From contig CAYNOY010000006.1 of the NCBI GenBank assembly GCA_964399015.1, positions 1 to 35,267 of the forward strand: a stretch of 35,267 bases of DNA. Reading direction: 5' to 3'. Source of the DNA: Candidatus Woesearchaeota archaeon. GTDB taxonomy: Archaea; Nanobdellota; Nanobdellia; Pacearchaeales; GW2011-AR1. Under the pieces are notes generated by a model that was not told the DNA's origin, made no database searches, and saw only the letters and a program-made list of their open reading frames with translations. Below, piece after piece: positions 1-8,282 of the stretch. Made by a program: the position numbers and the translations under genes. The stretch's first letter is position 1. Every line of letters begins with the position of its first letter.

Positions 1-807
1 TTTTTCATTGGTGCGTTTTACGCTACGATTTCTTTGATATTGACCAAATGGATTTTTTCAGGAGACCCTGTCTTGTCAAAATATACCGGAATTTTAGTTG
101 TGACCTTTTGTGTTATGTTTTCTATCCCATTTATGTATTTCTCTATAAAGAATGAGGAAGAAAAAGATTTGGCGATTGATGGTTTGGGAAGATTAATGAA
201 AGAGCATGGTAAAGCATTAGTTTATTTTATGTTTTTATTTTTTGGATTTATTGTTGCGTTTAGTTTTTGGTATATTGTTTTTGAGGATGGGAATCAGAAT
301 TTTAGGGCGCAGATTGAAACCTATTGTATGATAAATAAACCTGCACATTTTAGTGAATGTGTTTCTGAGTATGGGATGGAGACGGTTTCTAAGACTACTG
401 CATTTTTAACTGCTAAAGAAAAAATTGTGAATATTTTTGTTAATAATATTTATGTGTTGATTTTTACGTTGGTTTTCTCGTTGATATTTGGGGCCGGGGC
501 TATTTTTATTTTAGCTTGGAATGCCAGTGTGATAAGTGCGGCGATTGGTATTTTTTCAAAATCTGATTTGACTAATTTGCCTTTAGGCTTAATGCGATAT
601 ATGATTCATGGCATTCCAGAGATTGGGGCTTATTTTGCAGGAGCTTTAGCTGGAGGGATTGTGAGTATTGCAGTGATTAAACATGATGTTCAATCAGAGA
701 AATTTTGGACCATTTTGCAAGATTCATTGAACTTGATTATTTTGTCAGTGGTATTATTGTTTGTTGCGGCGTTGATTGAAGTTTTTGTTACTCCTGTGTT
801 TTTCTAG
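1..807 (+). CDS. SpoIIM (stage II sporulation protein M)-like polytopic membrane protein, 5'-truncated by the window edge
   Basis: The frame is open from base 1 (FFIGAFYATISLILTKW...), so the track start at 34 is probably not the true start. It has multiple hydrophobic helices and SpoIIM-like motifs (IFxNN, HGIPEI, AALIExFVTP). Confidence 0.8.
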   Translation, partial: FFIGAFYATISLILTKWIFSGDPVLSKYTGILVVTFCVMFSIPFMYFSIKNEEEKDLAIDGLGRLMKEHGKALVYFMFLFFGFIVAFSFWYIVFEDGNQNFRAQIETYCMINKPAHFSECVSEYGMETVSKTTAFLTAKEKIVNIFVNNIYVLIFTLVFSLIFGAGAIFILAWNASVISAAIGIFSKSDLTNLPLGLMRYMIHGIPEIGAYFAGALAGGIVSIAVIKHDVQSEKFWTILQDSLNLIILSVVLLFVAALIEVFVTPVFF

Positions 808-862
808 ACTGAAAGATTTAAAAACTTGGGACATTAAATTTGTTTAAGAGGTTTTAGAAAAA

Positions 863-1006
863 ATGAAGTTTGTATGTAGAGGTTGCAATTACAGATTTGG
901 AGGAGATGATCCTGTTGAGTGTCCTTATTGTGGATTGGAAAGTTTTGAAGTAGAGAAGGATGCTGAAGGATTGTTGGATGAGATTGAGGGGTTGTTGAGT
1001 GGTTAG
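863..1006 (+). CDS. Small 47-aa CxxC...CPxCG zinc-ribbon (rubredoxin-like) protein, not in the ORF track
   Basis: Manual translation: MKFVCRGCNYRFGGDDPVECPYCGLESFEVEKDAEGLLDEIEGLLSG*. SD-like GAGGT at 848-852 and BRE/TATA-like GAAAGATTTAAAAA at 811-824. Confidence 0.85.
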   Translation: MKFVCRGCNYRFGGDDPVECPYCGLESFEVEKDAEGLLDEIEGLLSG

Positions 1007-1043
1007 ATTTTTTATTCTAATTATAGATTATATCTACTAAATC

Positions 1044-1051
1044 TTTAAAAA
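1044..1051 (+). promoter_or_regulatory. Archaeal TATA-box-like element of the gmhB operon
   Basis: TTTAAAAA starts 30 nt upstream of ATG 1074; similar spacing recurs at many genes in the window. Confidence 0.6.
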
Positions 1052-1073
1052 AGAAAAAGTAGATTTTAGGTTA

Positions 1074-1649
1074 ATGGAAAAAAGTGAAAAAAGGATGGTT
1101 TTTCTTGATAGAGATGGAGTTATTTGTGAAGAGAAACATTTGTTGCATAGGAAGGAAGATTTAGAATTAATTCCTCGAAGTGCAGAGGCGATTAAGCTCT
1201 TGAATGATGGAGGTTATCAGGTGGCTATTGTAACTAATCAACCTGTGGTTGCAAGAGGGCTTTGTTCTGAAATTGAAGTTCAGGAGATTCATTTGTATTT
1301 GGAGGAATTATTGAAGAATCTGGATGCTTTTGTTGACAAAATTTATTATTGCCCCCATCATCCGAAGGTTGGAGTAAATCCTGAATATACTCGAGTTTGT
1401 GAATGTAGAAAGCCCGATATTGGTATGTTATTACAAGCTAAGAGAGATTTTGAATTGGAAACATTTGATGGATGCTATATGATTGGAGATCGAATTGGAG
1501 ATATAAATGCCGGAAATAATGCTGGCTGTAAAACCATCTTGGTTAAAACCGGTTATGCTGGAAGAGAAAAATTTAATGATGCAGTTCCAATGTTTGAGGC
1601 TGATGACTTGTATGAGGCAGTAGTTAAAATAATTTTAGAGGACAAATGA
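1074..1649 (+). CDS. gmhB: D,D-heptose 1,7-bisphosphate phosphatase (HAD IIIA, GmhB/HisB-N family)
   Basis: FLDRDGVI, VTNQ, Zn site CPHH...CECRKP, MIGD...D..AG motifs; adjacent to an HddA-like kinase. Confidence 0.88.
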   Translation: MEKSEKRMVFLDRDGVICEEKHLLHRKEDLELIPRSAEAIKLLNDGGYQVAIVTNQPVVARGLCSEIEVQEIHLYLEELLKNLDAFVDKIYYCPHHPKVGVNPEYTRVCECRKPDIGMLLQAKRDFELETFDGCYMIGDRIGDINAGNNAGCKTILVKTGYAGREKFNDAVPMFEADDLYEAVVKIILEDK

Positions 1650-4150
1650 AACTTTTTATTAATGCTGGTGGAAAGGGAAAAAGACTGTATCCATTAACTG
1701 AGAATTTGCCAAAACCTCTAGTTGAGATTAATGGTAAACCTGTTTTACATCATCTTGTTGATTGGGCAAAGGAAAATGGGATAGATGAAATAGTGATGAT
1801 GAATGGTTATATGTCTGAAAAAATTGTGGATTATTTTGGAGATGGGAGTGATTTTGAGGTTAGGATAACTCATTCAAATGAGCCCTATGCCTTAGGAAGT
1901 GGTGGAGCAATTAAATTTGCTAAACCGCATATTAATGAAAGGTTTGTTTATATTTCTGGAGACCATATCTGTGATGTTGATTTGAGGAAGATGGTTGAGT
2001 TTCATGAGGCTCGAAAATCTCATTTTACTGCTCTTGTTCATAAATCTTCTCATCCCCAGGATTCTGATTTGTTGGATATTGATGACGGGTTTAAAGTTAA
2101 GAGATTTATTTCAAAACACGATGAACATATTGATGTAGGAGATTTATCTAATTCTGGTTTGTGCATTATTGAACCTGAATTGATTGAATTAATGGAGGAT
2201 GAAATTTTTAATTTTGAAAATGATTTTTATCCAACTGTTTTAGAAAATGGATTTAATTTTTTTGCTTATAAATCTGACGAATTTATGGCAGATATGGGTA
2301 CTTTTGAGAGATTAAAAAAATGTGGGGATTATTTGACTAGTAAGAATAATGATGGGATTGGAGATATTAGTGCATTGATTTTAGTTGGCGGGTTGGGAGA
2401 GAGATTTAGACCTCAAACAGAAAAAGTTCCAAAGCCTATGGTGGAGATTAATGGTAAACCTTTTTTAGAATTTAAAATTGAGAGTTTGAAAAAAGAGGGG
2501 ATCAAAAATATTGTTTTGTGTGTTAGTCATTTGGGGCATCTTGTTGAAGAATATTTTGGGGATGGGAAACGGTTTGGAGTTAATATCAAATATTCTTATG
2601 AAACTGAAAGTTTATTAGGGACTGCGGGGGCAATCAAGAATGCAGAACATTTGCTTGGGAATACATTTATTGCTATGAATGGAGATACATTTATTGATAC
2701 TGATATTAAAAAACTTTTAGAATTTCATAAGGCTCATGATTCTTGTTTTTCAATTATTGTTACTAATGCAACTCATCCCAAAACTCAGGAACTTGTTGAG
2801 ATTACTGGAGATGATGTTTCTAAAATCCATAAAAGAGATACTTCTGAACATGAGGCTTATTCGATAACCTCGCATAAACCTTTGGTTAATGGGGGAATGT
2901 ATGTGATGGATAAAGAACTTTTAGATAATATTCCTTCTAATCAACATGCTTCTCTTGAGAAAGATATTTTTCCTAAATTTATTGGAAAAATGAAGGGATT
3001 TTTGCATGAAGGTTATATGTTAGATATTGCAGATGAGGGCGATTGGAGGGAGTTTAAGAAGGATGTTAGACAAGGTTTGATAATGCCGAGTATTACGGGT
3101 TATCAAAAAATAATTAGAAGTCGAGCTCCTGTAAGAATTACTTTTGGGGGTGGAGGAACTGATATTTCTCCATATGATAAAAATCATGGTGGAGTTTGTA
3201 TTAATGCTACAATAAATAGATATGTTTATTGTTCATTAAAATTAAGAGATGATAAAAAAATGAATTTGAAGTCGGATATAATTAATGTTCATGGGGGTTT
3301 TGAGTCTTATGAAGATAGTTTTGAAGAAATTAAAGATATTAAAATTGTTAATGATGATAATTTAAAATTGATTAAAGCAGTTATTGTTGAAATGAATCCT
3401 TGTTATGGTTTTGATCTTTATGTTCGGAGCGAAGTGCCTCCTCATTCGGGGCTTGGGGCCAGTGCTTCGTTATGTACTTCAATAATTGGGGTTTTAAATC
3501 ATTTGAGAAAAAAAGATAGATTAACCAGGCATGAAATTGCAGAAAAGGCTTTTGAAATTGAAAGAGATGGGTTGGGAAATTCTGGAGGTAGGCAAGACCA
3601 ATATGCGACTGCTTTTGGGGGAATAAATCTTTATGAATTTAAAGATAAAAATGTTAAAATAAATCCCATCCATATGGATGAAAATGATTTGCTTGAACTT
3701 GAAAAGAATCTTTTGATTGTTTCTTCTGGAAGAAGGGCAGATTCTTCGGGAGATATTCATAGGGGGGAATCTGAAAAAGGATTTTTTGAAAAAGATGAAA
3801 AGGTTAAAAAATTGCATGAAATTAAAGATGCCACAATGGAAATGGAATTTAATTTGAGAAGAGGTAATTTGAAGAAATTTGGGGAATTGATTCTTGATGG
3901 CTGGAATAAGAAAAAACAATTTAATTCTGAAGTTAGTGGAGGTTATATTGATGCATTAGTTGAAGAATCTTTGGTTAATGGCGGGGTTGGTGTAAAATTA
4001 ATGGGGGCAGGTGGTGGCGGTCATTTGTTAATTTATTGTAATCCAGATAGGGAGCATAAGGTTCGAGAGGTTTTAGCTGAGCGGGGGGCTAAATCCATTG
4101 ATTTTAGTTTTGATTTTGAAGGTTTAAAGGTTTGGGAGATTGATGAGTGA
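1646..4150 (+). CDS. Three-domain fusion: two NDP-sugar nucleotidyltransferase domains (HddC/ManC-like) plus a GHMP kinase (HddA-like heptose-7-phosphate kinase)
   Basis: Domain 1 has NAGGKGKRL...PKPL. Domain 2 has LVGGLGERF...PKPM, 240 aa later. The kinase has SRAPVRITFGGGGTD, PPHSGLGASA, GGRQDQYATAFGG and KLMGAGGGG. ATGA overlap with gmhB. Confidence 0.88.
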   Translation: MKLFINAGGKGKRLYPLTENLPKPLVEINGKPVLHHLVDWAKENGIDEIVMMNGYMSEKIVDYFGDGSDFEVRITHSNEPYALGSGGAIKFAKPHINERFVYISGDHICDVDLRKMVEFHEARKSHFTALVHKSSHPQDSDLLDIDDGFKVKRFISKHDEHIDVGDLSNSGLCIIEPELIELMEDEIFNFENDFYPTVLENGFNFFAYKSDEFMADMGTFERLKKCGDYLTSKNNDGIGDISALILVGGLGERFRPQTEKVPKPMVEINGKPFLEFKIESLKKEGIKNIVLCVSHLGHLVEEYFGDGKRFGVNIKYSYETESLLGTAGAIKNAEHLLGNTFIAMNGDTFIDTDIKKLLEFHKAHDSCFSIIVTNATHPKTQELVEITGDDVSKIHKRDTSEHEAYSITSHKPLVNGGMYVMDKELLDNIPSNQHASLEKDIFPKFIGKMKGFLHEGYMLDIADEGDWREFKKDVRQGLIMPSITGYQKIIRSRAPVRITFGGGGTDISPYDKNHGGVCINATINRYVYCSLKLRDDKKMNLKSDIINVHGGFESYEDSFEEIKDIKIVNDDNLKLIKAVIVEMNPCYGFDLYVRSEVPPHSGLGASASLCTSIIGVLNHLRKKDRLTRHEIAEKAFEIERDGLGNSGGRQDQYATAFGGINLYEFKDKNVKINPIHMDENDLLELEKNLLIVSSGRRADSSGDIHRGESEKGFFEKDEKVKKLHEIKDATMEMEFNLRRGNLKKFGELILDGWNKKKQFNSEVSGGYIDALVEESLVNGGVGVKLMGAGGGGHLLIYCNPDREHKVREVLAERGAKSIDFSFDFEGLKVWEIDE

Positions 4151-4178
4151 TGGCAACTTTAAATGGAGAATTTAAACT

Positions 4179-5174
4179 ATGAAGGCAACCCTTTTCAAAA
4201 AAGGCTTGACCCAAAACCAAGATTCTAGGGGAAGGGCATGGGTAACTGGGGCAGGAGGATTTATGGGGGTACATTTAGTTGAAATGTTAATTGGTAAGGG
4301 TTATGAAGTTTTGGCTACTCATTATAGGGCCACTACTCCGATTAAGGATTTAAATTCTCGAGCGCAAGTTGAGGAATGTGATGTTAGAGATAAAGAGAAA
4401 GTTTTTAGATTGATGGAAGAATTTATGCCTGATAAAATTTTTCATTTAGCAGCTCAAAGTTATCCTACTGTTTCGTGGGAGGACCCTAACTATACTATTG
4501 AGACTAATGTTATTGGTACTGCAAATATTTTTGAAGCTGTTAAAAAGTTTAATAAGAATTGTAAAGTTTTGAATGCGGGAAGTAGTGCAGAATATGGTTT
4601 TGTGACTCCTGATGAAGTTCCTGTTAAAGAGAGTCACTCCCTGAATCCATTGCACCCGTATGGGGTTAGTAAAGTTGCCCAAGAAATGTTGGCTTATCAG
4701 TATTTTAAAAATTTTGATTTAAAACCTGTGACAATTAGAATTTTTAATACTACTGGCCCTAGGAAAGTTAATGATGTTTGTGCTGATTTTACTAAACGGT
4801 TGATTGAGATTGAGAAGGGAATTAATTCTGAGAAGAAATTAAGGGTTGGGAGTTTAGATACTAAGAGAGCTATTACTGATGTTAGAGATGTTTTGAGAGC
4901 TTTTGATTTGGCCTTAGATTATGGTCATGCAGGAGAGGTTTATAATATGAGTGGTGCGAAAGTTTATTCTATTGGAGAGATAGTTGAAATTTTGAGAGGA
5001 TTAGTTGATTTTGATTTTGAGCTGTGGCAAGATCCTGCTTTGATTAGGCCTACTGATGAGCCTATTATTTATGGGGATAGTTCTAGGCTTGAGAATGAGA
5101 CTGGGTGGAAACAGGAGATTGGATTGGAGAGAACTTTGAAAGATATGTTGGAATATTGGAGAGGTGTTTTGTGA
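4179..5174 (+). CDS. NAD(P)-dependent NDP-sugar dehydratase/reductase (extended SDR, GMD/RMD/WcbK-like)
   Basis: TGAGGFMG, HLAAQSYP, GSSAEYG, YGVSK (YxxxK), RxFNTTGPR, TDVRD and LIRPTDE motifs. Confidence 0.85.
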   Translation: MKATLFKKGLTQNQDSRGRAWVTGAGGFMGVHLVEMLIGKGYEVLATHYRATTPIKDLNSRAQVEECDVRDKEKVFRLMEEFMPDKIFHLAAQSYPTVSWEDPNYTIETNVIGTANIFEAVKKFNKNCKVLNAGSSAEYGFVTPDEVPVKESHSLNPLHPYGVSKVAQEMLAYQYFKNFDLKPVTIRIFNTTGPRKVNDVCADFTKRLIEIEKGINSEKKLRVGSLDTKRAITDVRDVLRAFDLALDYGHAGEVYNMSGAKVYSIGEIVEILRGLVDFDFELWQDPALIRPTDEPIIYGDSSRLENETGWKQEIGLERTLKDMLEYWRGVL

Positions 5175-6064
5175 GGAGTTTAACTTTAGATGTTTGTGTT
5201 GAAGCTACATTGGCTGGAGGAAAGGCAGCATTGGGTTGTGAGAGTTCTGTTGCGGAATTAAAAAAAGATAATTATGTTGATGGTCATGCGATTGTTTCTG
5301 AAGCAGATTATGTTTCTCAGAGGGCCATTTTAGAAGTTTTAAAAGATAGAGATCCTGAGGCTTTGTTTATGACTGAGGAAGAGTGTGATTCTAGTTTATG
5401 TATTAATCGAGAAGCTGATGTAGGGAGATTAGTTGATTCTAGGGTTTATGTTATTGATGAAATTTGTGGTTCAAGTGGGCATAATGTTGGACATTATGAA
5501 TGGAATGTTTCTGTTGGTTGTGTTGAAAATTTAGAGGCTATTGCTGGAGCAGTTTTTGCACCTCAGGTTTTTGGAGGGGCATTATTTTATGCTGAAAAGG
5601 GGCAAGGGATGTTTATGACCAAGGGAGTTAATTCGTTGGATTTTTTGAAGAGAGATAAAGTTAAGGTTAATGAAACTAAAGTTTCAGACTCTTATGTTAT
5701 TTTTGGACCTGATTGTGTTCTTTCAAAATATCCTAGACATCAAAAATTGATGAATGATGTGGGAGATGCTGTTAGGACTACTAATATCAGTGGTAGTTGT
5801 GGATTGCCTCTGGGGCTTGTTGCTAGTGGGAGCGCGGATGCTTTGGTTCAACCTTTGCAATGTCCTTGGGATTATGCTGCTGGAAAAGTAATGATTGAAG
5901 AAGCTGGTGGAGTTATTGATTTTTATGAGATGGATGATAGAGGGGATTGTTTTAAGATTGATGAGTTGGAGTTGAAACATTATAATCCTGAGAAAAGAAA
6001 TGTTGGATTTATTGCTGGAAATCGTGAGATAGTTGATTTTATTGGTGGGAAGTTATTTGGGTGA
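5171..6064 (+). CDS. Inositol monophosphatase (FIG/SuhB-like) family protein with an atypical metal-binding motif
   Basis: SEADY..Q, TEE, VIDEICGS (canonical DPIDGT), GLVASG.AD and WDYAAG..MIEEAGG. Start reassigned to in-frame GTG 5171, which overlaps the upstream stop (GTGA) and follows SD-like GGAGAGGTG, rather than 5105. Confidence 0.78.
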   Translation: MRSLTLDVCVEATLAGGKAALGCESSVAELKKDNYVDGHAIVSEADYVSQRAILEVLKDRDPEALFMTEEECDSSLCINREADVGRLVDSRVYVIDEICGSSGHNVGHYEWNVSVGCVENLEAIAGAVFAPQVFGGALFYAEKGQGMFMTKGVNSLDFLKRDKVKVNETKVSDSYVIFGPDCVLSKYPRHQKLMNDVGDAVRTTNISGSCGLPLGLVASGSADALVQPLQCPWDYAAGKVMIEEAGGVIDFYEMDDRGDCFKIDELELKHYNPEKRNVGFIAGNREIVDFIGGKLFG

Positions 6065-6069
6065 TTTGT

Positions 6070-6149
6070 ATTTCAGTCTCCTCGGAAAGCCGTTCATGAA
6101 ATCACTTTCCCTTTCCGCCCCGAGTATTGAAATGTTCCAAAATTTTGGA
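6070..6149. other. GC-rich structured intergenic element between convergent genes (possible bidirectional terminator or small RNA)
   Basis: Nested or alternative inverted repeats: ATTTCA/TGAAAT, CTCGG/CCGAG, CGGAAAG/CTTTCCG; central palindrome TTCATGAA; perfect 14-bp palindrome TCCAAAATTTTGGA at 6136-6149. Confidence 0.4.
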
Positions 6150-6172
6150 GGTAGAGATTAGTTTTTGATTAA

Positions 6173-7306
6173 TTATCTTGCTAAAAATTGTTCTGGAATA
6201 ACACATGCTTCGTTGACAGTTCCTTTTTCATCTCCTTTTCCGCTGATAAAATCTTCTGCAAATGCTTTGCTTATTTCTAGTTCCCATTGGAGTTTTTTTC
6301 CGGCATAGCCTGGAACTCCTAATCCATCAAGACAAGCCCTTAATGTGTCTTGGGGTGCCCATAAATTAGGTTTATTGACAGGTGTTGCTCCAGGACCTAA
6401 ATATTCAAGAGGGGAATTGTGGGGTGTTTCTACGATTCTCATTTTATTTGAAGAATCCCAATGAGATTGAAAGACTTGAGGGTTTAACATTGGACAACCA
6501 TATCCTATATCGTTAAGAGTTTGGATATGAGCATTACAGTATAATTCACTAGGGTTTGTTATAAAAGATTCTCTATTAAAATGAACCTTATATTCATCTC
6601 CAGATTCTGTAAAAATTCCTTCTGCATCAATCGGTAAAATTTCTTCTGAATGAATGTCTAATTGCCTTATCTGCATTGCTATTGTGCTTGCGTCAATATT
6701 CCATAACATTGTAAAAAAACAGGGGAGTTGGTAAATCCCTTCATTAGGGCCATAAGAAACATTTAAGGTGTCTTTTCCTGGAAGTAATTCTTCTTTTACT
6801 TCTCTTAATGGGAGATTTTCCAGCCCCAATCTTTTTGCAGATTTGATGGTTTCTTGTTTTGTTGAGGAGGTTACGATTAAATAAGGATTTTTATCTCGCG
6901 TGATTAAAACAACTTCTTCTGCTGATTCTCTTTGCCCTAATGTACGCATCCCTTTTTCAGAATAAAGCTCATCAGGTGTTCTTGCAAATCCTGAATAAGC
7001 TGCATGAAACATTTTATGGACTGGTGCTCCGTTATCTCTTCGAGTGTGGATTATTTTTCCATCGCTTGTTATTGGTAATGAACCTGCAGTTGGTGGAGAA
7101 ATGGGATTTTTAGGATTTGCTATTTGTGCATGTCCATGTTTTATTAACTCTGTTAATGTTTGTACTCCAAATTCTGGATTTGGACCTAATCTTGTATTTG
7201 TTTCTGAAGGATTTTTTGGATAACGGAAATCTAAGGATAGGGCTCCTGTGTGAGAATTATATTCTGCATAAGCTTCTGTTACTACGAATTGTGAAATTTC
7301 TGGCAT
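6173..7306 (-). CDS. Hypothetical protein with a probable divergent Nudix-fold N-terminal half
   Basis: 377-aa ORF with its own TATA-like box 28 nt upstream. LPITSDGKIIHTRR is followed by SG...RESAEEV, resembling the RExxEE helix of a Nudix box. Confidence 0.55.
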   Translation of the reverse strand: MPEISQFVVTEAYAEYNSHTGALSLDFRYPKNPSETNTRLGPNPEFGVQTLTELIKHGHAQIANPKNPISPPTAGSLPITSDGKIIHTRRDNGAPVHKMFHAAYSGFARTPDELYSEKGMRTLGQRESAEEVVLITRDKNPYLIVTSSTKQETIKSAKRLGLENLPLREVKEELLPGKDTLNVSYGPNEGIYQLPCFFTMLWNIDASTIAMQIRQLDIHSEEILPIDAEGIFTESGDEYKVHFNRESFITNPSELYCNAHIQTLNDIGYGCPMLNPQVFQSHWDSSNKMRIVETPHNSPLEYLGPGATPVNKPNLWAPQDTLRACLDGLGVPGYAGKKLQWELEISKAFAEDFISGKGDEKGTVNEACVIPEQFLAR

Positions 7307-7353
7307 ATTATAATTTAGATATAGTATTTAAAAAGTTAATGTAGGTAAAAAAG

Positions 7354-8238
7354 TTATTTTGTGCTCTCTACCCTTTCCCAGGCATCTTGATATTCTTTTC
7401 CAGAAAAATAAGTTGCTGCCGCCTTAACCCAGATGTAAAGTCTCAGTGGGATTAATTGGAGTGTCCAAAATAATTCGGTTATTGATTTTGGATAAGTGAA
7501 TAAATAAGTGATACCTTTGATTTCGTTTAGGAAAGTTTTTGTTCTTGGTGCTTTTTTTGTATTTACATATTTTGCTATTTTTTCGTGTGCCTTTACTGTT
7601 CTTGTTTTTTGTTCTATCCAATCTTGGAGGTTGTCGGTATTTTTAACATAGACTTTTGCATTTTCTGTGTAAGTTATTTTGTATCCTTTTTCATTAAATA
7701 AAAATGGGACTACGCTGTCTTCTGCTACATCTAAAGGGAATTTTTTTATTGTGTTATTTCTGAATGCCCAAAGATATCCAGAGCACTCTAAGAATTTGTT
7801 TTGCTTTTTTAAATTAAATCTTAGTTTGTGTGCTGAATCAAAAAGAAAATTTGCCCAGTAACCATATTTTGTTTTCTTGTTTTCTTGTGGGATTGGTCTT
7901 CCTGTAGTGCATCCTATTTTTGGATTTTTGAATTCGTTTGCTAATTCATTTATTGAGTTTTCTGAAATGTAAACGTCTCCGTCTGTGAAGATTATTATCT
8001 CTCCTTTTAATTTGGGTAGAAGTAAATTAAGGGCGTAGCTTTTTCCTTTTCCAGGGTCTTTGAATAATTTAATTTTGGAGTTTTGCTTTTGATAAGTTTT
8101 TGCTATGTCTCTGGTCGGTTTGTCTGGAGCTGAGATAATTAGTTCGTAATCTTGAGTTATGTTTTGGGAGATTATTGCTTGAATTGATTTTCCTATTGTT
8201 TTTGGTTCGTTGAATGCTGTGATTATTATTGAAATCAT
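7354..8238 (-). CDS. Family 2 glycosyltransferase (PgaC/IcaA-like motif layout)
   Basis: ISIIITAFNE, GKSYALN, FTDGD (DxD), AED, degenerate QxxRW (QKTRT); hydrophobic C-terminus. Confidence 0.88.
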   Translation of the reverse strand: MISIIITAFNEPKTIGKSIQAIISQNITQDYELIISAPDKPTRDIAKTYQKQNSKIKLFKDPGKGKSYALNLLLPKLKGEIIIFTDGDVYISENSINELANEFKNPKIGCTTGRPIPQENKKTKYGYWANFLFDSAHKLRFNLKKQNKFLECSGYLWAFRNNTIKKFPLDVAEDSVVPFLFNEKGYKITYTENAKVYVKNTDNLQDWIEQKTRTVKAHEKIAKYVNTKKAPRTKTFLNEIKGITYLFTYPKSITELFWTLQLIPLRLYIWVKAAATYFSGKEYQDAWERVESTK

Positions 8239-8282
8239 GTTTTTTAGAGTTTGGGAGAGTTTTTAAGATTTGTTTAGATGTG

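Noticed and set aside
1-807. Sporulation function implied by the SpoIIM family name
   Set aside because: The family is widespread in non-sporulating archaea and bacteria, and no other sporulation genes are present.
5105-5170. Track start for the IMPase-family gene
   Set aside because: It would overlap the upstream gene by 70 nt. GTG 5171, with a GTGA overlap and SD-like motif, is more plausible.
6062-6133. Selenocysteine or readthrough signal (TGA followed by a hairpin), CRISPR repeat (ends in ATTGAAAT), or group II intron domain V
   Set aside because: The IMPase domain is complete at the TGA and readthrough adds only a short unremarkable peptide. The element is single-copy with no spacers or cas genes, and the domain V stem cannot be formed.
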